Shown here in pieces: positions 47,827 to 57,476 of a stretch of DNA of 64,000 nucleotides. The stretch is from NCBI GenBank assembly GCA_963662285.2, contig CAXXMV010000002.1, positions 384,001-448,000 of the forward strand, written 5' to 3'. Each line of letters starts with the position of its first letter. Positions within the stretch are counted from its first letter, which is position 1. Below the pieces are notes generated by a model. That model was not told where the DNA came from and did not search any database. It saw nothing but the letters and a program-made list of their open reading frames with translations. Source of the stretch: a bacterium (lineage in GTDB: Bacteria; Hinthialibacterota; Hinthialibacteria; Hinthialibacterales; Hinthialibacteraceae). The translations under genes and the position numbers were made by a program.

Positions 47827-50802
47827 TTAATTTGAATCCTCTTTGGTTGGTTCCTCGATCTTGATGACGCCTAAATCACGCACTTCTCCCGGTTGACCGG
47901 GGGCGATGGGGATGGTGGTTAATAATTTACCATATCCTCCGGCATCTTTGATTTTTATGATTCCTCCTTCTACCGGAACATGCTCTAATAAAAAAGTACC
48001 ATCTTTTAGATCGATTTCCGTTCTATGAAAAGCACGGTTTAAATTGTTGATGCCCAAACGGTCTTCGTGGATATTAAAATTATCCATTGTTATTTCAAAT
48101 AGAACATACGGTGGGTCTATATAATCTAACATTGTTCTCTCATAGATTAACTGCCCTTTTATTGAAAATGATTGAGTGTCATGAGTGAGAACAATCGTTT
48201 TTTCTTCATCCCTTTGAAGAGTAAAACCTTCGGATAATGTCGGCGCCGTATTTTCCGTACGTACAGATAAAAGGAAAGGACCGTCTGCAATTTCAATTTT
48301 GTCAAAATGAAATGCTCCTTCGGGATGCGAAACGTTCTGAACCAGGTAATCTCCGAATCTTGGATTACTCGGCAGTAAAAATATTGTATAGTCTTTTATG
48401 GGATTGTTATCATTCCCTAAAACAGTACCAGCAATGGATGCATAGCCATCATTGTACTTTTTCAAGACGATTTTAATATCTTTAGCAGCCCATTGAGTAA
48501 ATTCTTGACTGAATGCAAAATAATCATCCTTTGCTCTAATTGACAAGATGGTTTTTTCAAAATCATCTTTTTGGGGAATTTCCAAAAATGCATTGTAAGA
48601 ATTTTCAAAATTCAGAACAAATTGACCATTCTCATCGGTCCATGAATGAGCCCAGTAATCATAATCTTTACTCCTGGATTTCAAAATCCCTTGTATCGGA
48701 ATTCGGCTTAAAGGATTTTCTTTTTCATCTACCACCACACCGGCAAAGTAATCATTATTAACTTCCAGAACAAAATCCAAATTAGTCACTGGAATGTTTG
48801 GCTGAATGATTATATTCTTCTTTATCCCTCTATAGTAACCCTTCTTTTGTTGGGTATATATATTATATTCACCAGAAATAACCGCCCGTTGATATTTACC
48901 CTCCGCATCTGTTACTGTCCATATATCTTCCTTCTGCTTAATTTTTGGCTGAAAATAAACACCGATGTTTTCCATTGGTTTCCCAGAAGAATCAACTACT
49001 TTACCTTGAACCAGTGTTTTGGGATCGTATATAATCTCGATGTTCTTAATTTCTTCTCCAAGAGAAGGATCTATCTCGATTTGTCCTGAATCACCATACA
49101 AGGGATGATGGGATTGAAGGTAAAACTCATTATCCGAAACATAATAATCCAATATCAGTTTGAAGCGCCCTTCATTATCTGTTTTAAGAGACTGATCGAT
49201 TTTATTTTTGGGATATACTTTTGCGTAATTATGTTCTACGTCGCGCCAGATAAAAATTTCACATTTTTGTAAAGGTTGTCCTTCACTCAAACAAACCCGC
49301 CCAGAAACGCTCCATGATTTCTCTAAATAAAGGTTTATATTTTCAACCTGAGTTTCATTTTCTAATATAAGAATCGGATTCGGTTCCGGTTTGATCTTTG
49401 AATAGAGTAAGGGCGCAATCTCATGCCAAGAGATACTATTCCTTTTATATTCTGCATATATATCTGAATCCTTTCTATAATAATAAGGTGATTGAGTTAT
49501 GTAATTGATATGTGGATATATGGCAATAACGTAGGAACCGCCCGCCAACGAGTTGAAAAGGTAACTACCATCGGAATTAGTTGTTGTTTGCGCGTCTGGA
49601 GGTACGTTATACCTTTTTTTATCATAGTTCCAAAATACTTGTTTGTTTTTTAAAGTTTCGATATCGTATGCGATTACTTTTATATCACTGACTGGTTGTC
49701 CGCTATCTTTCTCAAAGACTCTCCCCGAAACAGAATATTCTCTATTCTCCAACGCCAGAGTTACTTCATGCCGGTCTTTAACAAGTTTGATTTCACATTG
49801 TGACTTTTCCCCGCTTGTATACCATACATGCTCAGCATAAATCACATATTCACCAGGAGGAACATCCTCGAAGGTAGTGAAACCGGCAGTATCGCTGGTT
49901 TCGCTGATCATCATAATGCTTCCAGTACCGGGTTTTGATTTCAAGGTAACTTTGGCGGAAAAAATTGGTTCGGATTCTACGTTTTGCACATAAACGATAA
50001 TCCGTCCTTTGGTTCTTAAATGCATAGTCGCTGGTTGTAATTCGGCATCTACATGAACAGCTTCTTCATGGATCAAATATCCAGCAGCGCTTACGCTGAC
50101 AAGATAACTACCCGCTGCGATAGGAGAGAATAATGCTCCGCCGTTTTCGCTAGTAGAACGGTCTTCCAAATCGGCGCCATCGACGCGCAACGTATCAGTG
50201 GTTGGAGTAATAGTGACTTTTGCTCCAACTACTGATTGTTCATCCTGGTTAATCACATTGAGTTGTAATGCCGCTTTGACGGCAACCAGCATTTCAAGAC
50301 TGTTGTCACCTGATGTCAGATTGCAGTCTAACTGGTTTCCAAACGTAGTGTTGTTGTTAGCGATAGTAACAGTAGTATTTACTGCATTCAGCCTATTTAG
50401 AGTAAGCGTTCCATCTTTATCCAGCGACTGTTGAAGTGCGTCATCTCCATTTTGGATGAATACTTGCTCGTTTGATAAGGGTTGACCTGACATATCACGA
50501 ACCATCAGGATGAGATTGGCTGTTTCCGGCTCGGTGACAATGGTTGACGATTGATCATCTGATTCGCCTGGCTGTTCATTGGCGTTGACAATGATATTGC
50601 TGGAATCAACCGTGATTTCTTCGCCTGCTTTGATCGATTTTTTAATCAATCCATCGTTACTGACAAACTGTACTTCCCCGGATTCCACTGAAATAGTCAT
50701 CGACTTGGGCGGCGCAGCCCATAAAGACAGTCCATGAATACACAATACCAACAACGCAATCACCAACGAATAATATGGGGAAAATCTTTTATATTTATAC
50801 AT
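47827..50802 (-). CDS. Large secreted protein with multiple carboxypeptidase-regulatory-like beta-sandwich repeats and an N-terminal FecR C-terminal-like segment
   Basis: RBS AGGAGA and signal peptide; repeats of the form SGRV....G.P....TD..G.F/Y....L..G.Y; residues 35-65 MTISVESGEVQFV...IKAGEEITV. Confidence 0.8.
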   Translation of the reverse strand: MYKYKRFSPYYSLVIALLVLCIHGLSLWAAPPKSMTISVESGEVQFVSNDGLIKKSIKAGEEITVDSSNIIVNANEQPGESDDQSSTIVTEPETANLILMVRDMSGQPLSNEQVFIQNGDDALQQSLDKDGTLTLNRLNAVNTTVTIANNNTTFGNQLDCNLTSGDNSLEMLVAVKAALQLNVINQDEQSVVGAKVTITPTTDTLRVDGADLEDRSTSENGGALFSPIAAGSYLVSVSAAGYLIHEEAVHVDAELQPATMHLRTKGRIIVYVQNVESEPIFSAKVTLKSKPGTGSIMMISETSDTAGFTTFEDVPPGEYVIYAEHVWYTSGEKSQCEIKLVKDRHEVTLALENREYSVSGRVFEKDSGQPVSDIKVIAYDIETLKNKQVFWNYDKKRYNVPPDAQTTTNSDGSYLFNSLAGGSYVIAIYPHINYITQSPYYYRKDSDIYAEYKRNSISWHEIAPLLYSKIKPEPNPILILENETQVENINLYLEKSWSVSGRVCLSEGQPLQKCEIFIWRDVEHNYAKVYPKNKIDQSLKTDNEGRFKLILDYYVSDNEFYLQSHHPLYGDSGQIEIDPSLGEEIKNIEIIYDPKTLVQGKVVDSSGKPMENIGVYFQPKIKQKEDIWTVTDAEGKYQRAVISGEYNIYTQQKKGYYRGIKKNIIIQPNIPVTNLDFVLEVNNDYFAGVVVDEKENPLSRIPIQGILKSRSKDYDYWAHSWTDENGQFVLNFENSYNAFLEIPQKDDFEKTILSIRAKDDYFAFSQEFTQWAAKDIKIVLKKYNDGYASIAGTVLGNDNNPIKDYTIFLLPSNPRFGDYLVQNVSHPEGAFHFDKIEIADGPFLLSVRTENTAPTLSEGFTLQRDEEKTIVLTHDTQSFSIKGQLIYERTMLDYIDPPYVLFEITMDNFNIHEDRLGINNLNRAFHRTEIDLKDGTFLLEHVPVEGGIIKIKDAGGYGKLLTTIPIAPGQPGEVRDLGVIKIEEPTKEDSN

Positions 50803-50833
50803 GATTTATCTCCTGATTTAGTTTTTACTGACG

Positions 50834-51424
50834 TTATTCATCTAGTCTTATATTGAACACTGTTCCTATCACCTCAATTTTACCAAACGGTGTTTGAACC
50901 AACATCAGCCGTTCAGTATCTTTGGCGGCTTCCACCCGGATCGCGCCTCCCTGCAGTGAGATATTCCGCTCGGATCCAAAGCGGACGGCGATCTGAGTTT
51001 CTGGTGAGCAGCTCAATAATGATTGGTCTTTCAAAAGAATTTTGGCCGAAATTCCTTTGGGAACCATAACAAAATTCCCGCTTTGTAATTCATTGAGCCA
51101 CAAGCGGGAAACTTGCGTTTCTTGTTGGTTGGATTCATAAACGAATTGGACTGATTGAACTGGTCCTGACACAGGTTGAACGATGTAGAATAAGCCTATA
51201 ATAACGAAGATTAGCAGCGTATAGGCTGCCGTATGACTCCAAGTTAATTGTGGGTGAAATAACCATGAAATAACAGATAATGGAGAACGGTTTTTTTTTG
51301 AAAATCGCGCTGAGGCTTCTTTCAAAAAACGTTTTTTTGCCAATTCCCGATTGTAAGAAACAGCGCATTGGTTGATGCTATCGCGTAATTTCTCTTCGAA
51401 TGGCGTTAAAGAATCTCTATTCAT
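50834..51424 (-). CDS. Membrane anti-sigma factor with C-terminally truncated FecR domain
   Basis: Cytoplasmic N-terminus, one TM helix, then A.I.L.DQS.L...PETQI......I.LQGG.I..E.AK......VQTPFG.IEVIGTVFNI and stop. Overlaps the sigma stop (ATGA). Confidence 0.8.
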   Translation of the reverse strand: MNRDSLTPFEEKLRDSINQCAVSYNRELAKKRFLKEASARFSKKNRSPLSVISWLFHPQLTWSHTAAYTLLIFVIIGLFYIVQPVSGPVQSVQFVYESNQQETQVSRLWLNELQSGNFVMVPKGISAKILLKDQSLLSCSPETQIAVRFGSERNISLQGGAIRVEAAKDTERLMLVQTPFGKIEVIGTVFNIRLDE

Positions 51425-51987
51425 GATACTCGTTCCTCTATAATCGGCTGAATGGATTCACGCAGGCGTTTCCTAGCGCGACCCAGTAAGTTTTTTACAT
51501 GATCAATCGTGATTTCAAGCGTATTTGCAATTTGTTGATGAGATTGTTCTTCGAGAAGCCGCATTATAATTGCAGTACGTTGCAGAGGAGGCATGTTTTG
51601 TATTTCAGATTCAATAGTCTGACGAATGCGTTTTTCATGTAAATGTGTTAATGGGCATTTTTCATCCTGGTTGACATCATCCACCGTTGGAGCAATTTGA
51701 TGCAGCGATACGGTTAATAAGCCCTTTTTCTTCATACGATCAATGCAGCGGTTTCGTACAATACGGCGTAAATACGCTGAAAGAGTACCCTGCTCTTGTT
51801 TATAACGGCCTGAGCGTAAAGCCTCTAAAAAACTAATAAGCGATTCTTGTATGATATCTTCGGCGTCGTTCACCTGGCCTAAAAGCATATAACTAAGCCG
51901 CATTAGTGAATCGGCGTAGCGTTCAAAGAGTTCTTCGAATGCGCCGGGATAGCCCTCTATGAGCCTGTTTTCCAATGAATCGTTCAC
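51421..51987 (-). CDS. ECF RNA polymerase sigma factor
   Basis: AFEELFERY, DAEDIIQE, YL.RI.RN.CID, region 4 MPP.QR.AI......S.QQIA..L......VK..L.RAR..LR. Confidence 0.95.
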   Translation of the reverse strand: MNDSLENRLIEGYPGAFEELFERYADSLMRLSYMLLGQVNDAEDIIQESLISFLEALRSGRYKQEQGTLSAYLRRIVRNRCIDRMKKKGLLTVSLHQIAPTVDDVNQDEKCPLTHLHEKRIRQTIESEIQNMPPLQRTAIIMRLLEEQSHQQIANTLEITIDHVKNLLGRARKRLRESIQPIIEERVS

Positions 51988-52024
51988 GAGCGCTCCATCT
52001 AATTGTTTATTGCATCTTAACCTT

Positions 52025-52052
52025 TATACGATAATTTCAGAAAAAGGGTAGC
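52025..52052 (-). promoter_or_regulatory. Putative autoregulatory ECF promoter
   Basis: Minus strand GCTACC-CTTTTT...(16-nt spacer)-CGTATA, about 40 nt upstream of the sigma start; resembles the generic ECF layout with a T-tract and a CGT -10. Confidence 0.45.
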
Positions 52053-52166
52053 AAAGCAATTTTATTACTTGATATGAATGTAAATTGAGATTGGATTCAT
52101 CTTGTAATGATAAAGGAATAAATTTGAGGGAAAATGTGATTATAAACGAAAATACGGCTCTATTGC

Positions 52167-54086
52167 TTATCGAACGATTTGATAGACCACAATTTGTCCG
52201 GGATTATCTGGATAGGCGTCGAAAACCATTTGTAGATGCGCTTGGTTTTTATCCATCCATTGTTGAAGAAAATCGCCTAGCGGCCAGCCGTAGGGGCCAT
52301 AGGATTTTCGTAGACGGTTTAATTCTGACTGGTTGAACAATATATGGGTGATGGTTCGATCCAAACCTTTTTCCAGGGGATGGTGGTTGAATACGGTTGG
52401 CGCGATGGCTTCAAAACGCGCTCCGTAGGATTGCGCTTCTCCAACGAATAACACCCGGCCAACGCGGCGGCCTTCCTCTTTTTGCAGGTTCAGCCAATCG
52501 ATGGCTCTGTAATGAGGAACCCTTTTAGCCAGGTACATATCTTCCAGCATAGGTTGGACGAGATAACCAGCGGTTTCATCTTTTAGTATTATGGTTGTGA
52601 TGCCCAAAATTTGTATGGCTGCTATTACTAGAGCGAAACCTCTAATAGCAATATCGGCGCCGTCCCTGGATAGGACATAAATTCCATAGCCGCCCAGCAG
52701 TGCCATCAGGGGCAGGATCGATGCCAGGAAGCGGTCATTTCTCTGCGTCAAAAAGAACCAGGCGCAATATGCTGTGGTCATGAATATTATTGACCTGTAT
52801 ATGGGGTGGTTTCTGGCAGTTTTCCAAATCAATGGAATGCCCAGCAGCCATAATGCCGAGAATCCTAATGGGATGGATTGAGCAAGGCTTTTCTGAAATG
52901 GCAGTGACATTATATCCAATGTAATGTTCCATGTGGAACTTAATTTTGGCGCATGAACCAGCGAGAACATTTCGGAAAAGAAATCCGGTGAATTTACGAA
53001 GTATGGCGTAAGCAGTGGGAACACAGGATTTTGATATAAAAACCAATTACGGATTGCCCAAGGCAGGAAGATCGCAACGCCGCCGCATAAAATCAGGAAT
53101 AATGGAACAAATATGCGTTTTTGAAGCGTGTTCTTTATATCAAATAATATCATTACACAGAAAGGCAAGCCGATGGATAGCGCAGCGATATATTTTGATC
53201 CAAAAGCGAAACCCAACGCAGCCGCCATCATTACCGCATCTATCGGGCGTTTTTCGGTTCGGTATCGCTCATAGGCCATCAGTAATATTATGGCTGAGGC
53301 GCTTAATGCCAGATCAATGTTGGCCTGGATTATCAGGCGCTGGGTCAGTCCGGTAGCCAGAAAAAAAAGAGGCGCCAACAGGTTATTGGAAGGTATGCCC
53401 CATATTCGGCCTAGCCTCCATACCGCTAAAGCCGCAATGCAGGCGAATAGCAGATTTATGGCAGTGCATCCAGCCGGGCTTCGCGAGGCCAGAGGCCACA
53501 TATAAAGCAATTCCGTATTCATGGGAAAAGCGGCGTAGACATTATATGGAAAGGCAACCCATGATCCTGTTTTTATATAATGATCCGGCGCCGCGAGATG
53601 GTATTCATGCGCATCATACCCCACTGGGGGTAAAACGGCGGCTATGATTCCAAGTAATAACACGACAGTTAATAGGGTGAGTTCCAGGCGGGATAGGCTC
53701 TGTAGATCAAGTTTGTAATTCGCTAAATCAATTATTCTGTTGCGCCACCAACCCCAGGAGGCGAGAATTAAGATTAGAGATGAGCCGTAGATCATCCAGG
53801 GGAAAGCCAGATGGATGGTTAATAATATAAACGCATAGGCGCTGGCCAGGCACAGAGATAGAAAACTGGCGTAAATCAGGCGCTCAATATTATCAAGTGA
53901 TTGGTTCGATGAAATCCGGTCTAGCAACAGGTTGGCAATTGGAAAGAATGATAAAAGTGGAAGCAGACCCAACAGCAGCGCCCGCAGATGTAATGTCGGC
54001 AATAGCAGCCAGGGATTGGCGTATAACAGGACGCCAAGAATGATTATCGCTAAGGCAAGCGTGAATATGGGTTGCTTTGGTTTCAT
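52167..54086 (-). CDS. Polytopic GT-C type membrane glycosyltransferase-like protein
   Basis: Many TM segments, PP.GYDAHEYHL..P loop, P...E.LY, G.KY, PW.IRN....NPVFP, RFL...P. Confidence 0.7.
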   Translation of the reverse strand: MKPKQPIFTLALAIIILGVLLYANPWLLLPTLHLRALLLGLLPLLSFFPIANLLLDRISSNQSLDNIERLIYASFLSLCLASAYAFILLTIHLAFPWMIYGSSLILILASWGWWRNRIIDLANYKLDLQSLSRLELTLLTVVLLLGIIAAVLPPVGYDAHEYHLAAPDHYIKTGSWVAFPYNVYAAFPMNTELLYMWPLASRSPAGCTAINLLFACIAALAVWRLGRIWGIPSNNLLAPLFFLATGLTQRLIIQANIDLALSASAIILLMAYERYRTEKRPIDAVMMAAALGFAFGSKYIAALSIGLPFCVMILFDIKNTLQKRIFVPLFLILCGGVAIFLPWAIRNWFLYQNPVFPLLTPYFVNSPDFFSEMFSLVHAPKLSSTWNITLDIMSLPFQKSLAQSIPLGFSALWLLGIPLIWKTARNHPIYRSIIFMTTAYCAWFFLTQRNDRFLASILPLMALLGGYGIYVLSRDGADIAIRGFALVIAAIQILGITTIILKDETAGYLVQPMLEDMYLAKRVPHYRAIDWLNLQKEEGRRVGRVLFVGEAQSYGARFEAIAPTVFNHHPLEKGLDRTITHILFNQSELNRLRKSYGPYGWPLGDFLQQWMDKNQAHLQMVFDAYPDNPGQIVVYQIVR

Positions 54087-54511
54087 TACGCCCTACCTGA
54101 GTCCAGGAAGCCTTGTAGAATCCATGCGGCGGCGGTTTTGTCGATCACTTGTTTACGTTTTTTACGGGATACGTCGCCTTCAAGCAGCGCCCGCTGGGCG
54201 GCATGAGTCGAGTAGCGTTCATCCCACATGCGAACGGTTATTTTGAATCTTTCGCGGATTTTCGATGCCAGAGTCTTGGCTTCGTCCGTCATTTCGCTGG
54301 ATGAACCATCAAGGCGTCGCGGCATGCCTACTACTACAAGAGTAACGTTCTCTTTTTGAATGATGACTTCCATTTTATCAAGTGCATCATCATGAGATTC
54401 AGGTTCAAGCGTATCATAGGGTTGCCCGGTTATGCGCAATTCATCCGATAAAGCCAATCCGATGCGTTTGGTTCCTACGTCCAATGCTAAAATTCGTCCA
54501 CTACTGCTCAC
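54086..54511 (-). CDS. ruvX: YqgF/RuvX pre-16S rRNA nuclease
   Basis: ILALDVGTKRIGLALSD, VVGMP, WDERYST, IDK.AA..ILQ.FLD. Confidence 0.96.
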   Translation of the reverse strand: MSSSGRILALDVGTKRIGLALSDELRITGQPYDTLEPESHDDALDKMEVIIQKENVTLVVVGMPRRLDGSSSEMTDEAKTLASKIRERFKITVRMWDERYSTHAAQRALLEGDVSRKKRKQVIDKTAAAWILQGFLDSGRA

Positions 54512-55530
54512 GTTTTATTCTCCGGTATACTGAAAAGTGAAAATCGCTCTCTAGATGAAATGCTGAAACTATGACGGGGCTGATTTTCATCACGTCCGAT
54601 CTTGATATTCCTGTTCAGGTGTGCAGCCCAATATTGCAGATTGCTTTTTCCCGCACCGTAGACGATTGAGATGTCCTTGGGATTTATGATGATTTGCGTC
54701 TGGTTGCTATCTTTCATTATTGATGTAATGGCTTCTCTGGCAAGGCGTGATTCGATTTCATGGCGTAATGCGGGATGCCAGGGACCGGCGATAACCTTGT
54801 CGGCGCCGTCGCCGTCTTGGTCAGATAGTGCCAAGCCGATGCGGGCTATCGTTATATCGGCTTTAAAGAATAACCGGTATGCATGGCTGCACTGCGTTAT
54901 GGCCTGTTCGATGGTCATAGGTTGATAATCGTTGCGGTGATGCATTTTTTCCAAAGGCGTACCATGCAGAACCAGGGTTGGCGAGATACGTACTAAATCC
55001 GGGTGCAGCTGAACGGTCTCATCAACTGTTTCATAGAACGAAGACTCTGATTGTGCGGGTAAGCCGCACATTATATGAAGCCCCAGGATGAATCCGTGAG
55101 CAATAATCCTTTGGCATGCGTCCCGTATATCATCTGCAGAATGGCCGCGTCCACTGCGTTGCAGGACGTGGTCATCGAATGATTCAGCGCCCAGTTCGAT
55201 GGTTCGTACGCCATTAGCCCATAAAAACTCAAGCGTAGCATCTGATACGCAGTCCGGGCGGGTTGAGATTCGGATTGAACAATTATTGATCTTATTAATA
55301 TACGGATTGACCAGGGCGAAGCACTCTGCCATTTTTTCCTGTGATTGGCCGCTGAACGTCCCGCCATAAAAGGCGATTTCCCAGTTTTGGTCGGAATGTT
55401 GCGGGATAGATTCCAACATATTGCGCCAGTTGTCTTTATGCTCCGCGTCACCTGTTACTAATGGTTGGTTGCAATAGACGCACTGATGGGGGCAGCCTTT
55501 ATGGGGAAGGTAAATAGGTAGGATTTTCAT
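54508..55530 (-). CDS. Radical SAM protein (YhcC/Elp3-like)
   Basis: PIYLPH.GCPHQCVYCNQ, AFYGGTF, ISTRPD, IELG..S, AGPWHPA. Confidence 0.9.
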   Translation of the reverse strand: MKILPIYLPHKGCPHQCVYCNQPLVTGDAEHKDNWRNMLESIPQHSDQNWEIAFYGGTFSGQSQEKMAECFALVNPYINKINNCSIRISTRPDCVSDATLEFLWANGVRTIELGAESFDDHVLQRSGRGHSADDIRDACQRIIAHGFILGLHIMCGLPAQSESSFYETVDETVQLHPDLVRISPTLVLHGTPLEKMHHRNDYQPMTIEQAITQCSHAYRLFFKADITIARIGLALSDQDGDGADKVIAGPWHPALRHEIESRLAREAITSIMKDSNQTQIIINPKDISIVYGAGKSNLQYWAAHLNRNIKIGRDENQPRHSFSISSRERFSLFSIPENKT

Positions 55531-55654
55531 TAGAGTATTTGCATATTAATTGGTTAGATATCCAAATATCCTTTACCACAAGTCGAGGTAAAACTAAAGA
55601 GGGGATGGTTCTATCAAACCTTGTTCTATCCATTTAAAAATAATTAGACCTGCT

Positions 55655-56374
55655 TTAATCTTCGTCTAACGCCAGGGTGGATAGTGCGTCAGAAGCAGCT
55701 GCTTTTTCAGCCCTTTTTTTACTTTTCCCTTTTCCATGCCCAATGCGCTTGTCCCGGATGAATACTTCAACGATGAAATCTTTGTCGTGGTCTGGACCAA
55801 CAGCTGATAAAAGTCGATAAGAAGGCAATACGCCAAATTCTTTTTGAACTTGTTCCTGAAGCTGAGATTTATAATCAATTATGCTCTCGCCCCGAACTGC
55901 TTTTTCAATTTCATCGGTTAATTGTTTTCGGACGAATTCTTTCGATGCTTCAATTCCGCAGGCCAGATGAATCGCTCCGACAATGCTTTCGAATAAATTG
56001 CCTAAAATGGAAAAGCGGTTACGACCTCCGGTCTGTTCTTCACCTTTTCCCAAGAGAAGGTTCTCACCGATGTCGAGTTCAACCGTGAGTTGCGACAATA
56101 TACGCTTGCTCACAACTATTGACTTTATCTTGGATAACTGGCCTTCACGCAAATTGGGATATCCATTGTATAGCAATTCGGTGACGGTGAAACCAACCAC
56201 GGCGTCACCCAGGAATTCCAGGCGTTCGTTGCCGAAATCGGCGCAATCTTCTTCTTCGTTGGCGTATGAACTATGGCATAGAGCCAGATGCAGTAATGAT
56301 GGATCCATATCCGGGAATCCTAGTTTTTGGGCTAGTTCCCGCATTTCCTGCTCTCGTTGGGAATCCAATCTCAT
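55655..56374 (-). CDS. rnc: Ribonuclease III
   Basis: AL.HSSY, NERLEFLGDAV, EG.LS, GKGE, dsRBD DYKS.LQE...GPDH.K.F...G.GKSKK.AE. RBS AAGGGAG. Confidence 0.98.
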   Translation of the reverse strand: MRLDSQREQEMRELAQKLGFPDMDPSLLHLALCHSSYANEEEDCADFGNERLEFLGDAVVGFTVTELLYNGYPNLREGQLSKIKSIVVSKRILSQLTVELDIGENLLLGKGEEQTGGRNRFSILGNLFESIVGAIHLACGIEASKEFVRKQLTDEIEKAVRGESIIDYKSQLQEQVQKEFGVLPSYRLLSAVGPDHDKDFIVEVFIRDKRIGHGKGKSKKRAEKAAASDALSTLALDED

Positions 56375-56593
56375 GAGCAACTCTCCCTTGTTGAGATATC
56401 ACGAATTAGTAAACATTTGAATTAGCGGGTTTTATCCAATTCAAAAATGATCGTGAATCGTGGATTGGGCATTCCCCCGTCGATAATCGTAAGCCAGATA
56501 TCGTCTTTGACATCTGAATTCAGATTGTCCGCGGCGATCGCCAATCGTTATATGTATTTTACATAGTTTTTCTTAGAGTGAAATAGAACTGCT

Positions 56594-57295
56594 TTAATCA
56601 AGGATAGATTGTAGAAGAAATGCAACGGCGGTGTCGTATTCATCATGCATTTCAGCCAAATCGTGTACTCGTGATTCTGAAATCTCTTCTTCTATCCGAG
56701 TCTCTGGTTTAATTAGAAAACAAACTACCAAGCCTTTTTCCATCTCTTCTGTAAGGATTTTATGGAGAACGCCAAGACAAGAACCTGGAATCGTGACTAG
56801 TTCACGCATGTCTAGTAAAACCAGTCTCTTCTTTCCTGTATTACCGCCTAATGCGGATTGAATTCGACCCATGGATTCGACGCTTACCCGTCCCCCGAGT
56901 TTGAGTATATCAATCATTCCTGCTTTAGATTTTTCAAGAATAAGGTTGTCCCGGTGGGCGCCATGACGCATTTCCTCGATAATATCCTGCTGATTGACGG
57001 AAATAACTCTTACTTGAAATGTACCCCGGCTTTCAGCGCGGCTTACATGCGCTTCAAATGAAGTGTTTGATTCCATTATCTCTGTAGAGGATATCTGTTC
57101 ACCATTCCACGAAGCGGGCGTGGGCATGAGAAATATTACTTTCCCGCGAGAGGTATTCCACGAAGAACTTAGATCAAGATAAGAACCTCTTTGATCGATA
57201 AAAGATGCAAAAAAGGTTTTTTGGCTTTCTTTATCCACGCAAACATAGAGTTGGCGCTTTTGTTCTTCTTCTTTAGGTTTTCCTGGAATAGTCAT
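56594..57295 (-). CDS. Hypothetical protein with C-terminal STAS-like domain
   Basis: C-terminal ILKLGGRV...VLLDM.EL..I..S.LG.L pattern of anti-anti-sigma STAS folds; N-terminal half unrecognised. Confidence 0.55.
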   Translation of the reverse strand: MTIPGKPKEEEQKRQLYVCVDKESQKTFFASFIDQRGSYLDLSSSWNTSRGKVIFLMPTPASWNGEQISSTEIMESNTSFEAHVSRAESRGTFQVRVISVNQQDIIEEMRHGAHRDNLILEKSKAGMIDILKLGGRVSVESMGRIQSALGGNTGKKRLVLLDMRELVTIPGSCLGVLHKILTEEMEKGLVVCFLIKPETRIEEEISESRVHDLAEMHDEYDTAVAFLLQSILD

Positions 57296-57476
57296 GGTAT
57301 TTGGAGATATTCTTTCGTATGAATATAGTAAAAGAGTATAATAATTTCTTCTTATAGATATCTAGTTTGTTAAAATAATGTTCAGATTTACAACTTTATT
57401 ATAAATCAGAATAAATTTCCAGGGATTTGATGCTGATAACTAACTAATGAAATCACGCAAAGATTTTATCATCATA

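Noticed and set aside
50803-50833. Simple nonsense or frameshift pseudogenisation of a fused anti-sigma gene
   Set aside because: The downstream gene has a strong RBS and a full signal peptide lying between the two FecR parts, which a point lesion would not create; kept only as a refutation test.
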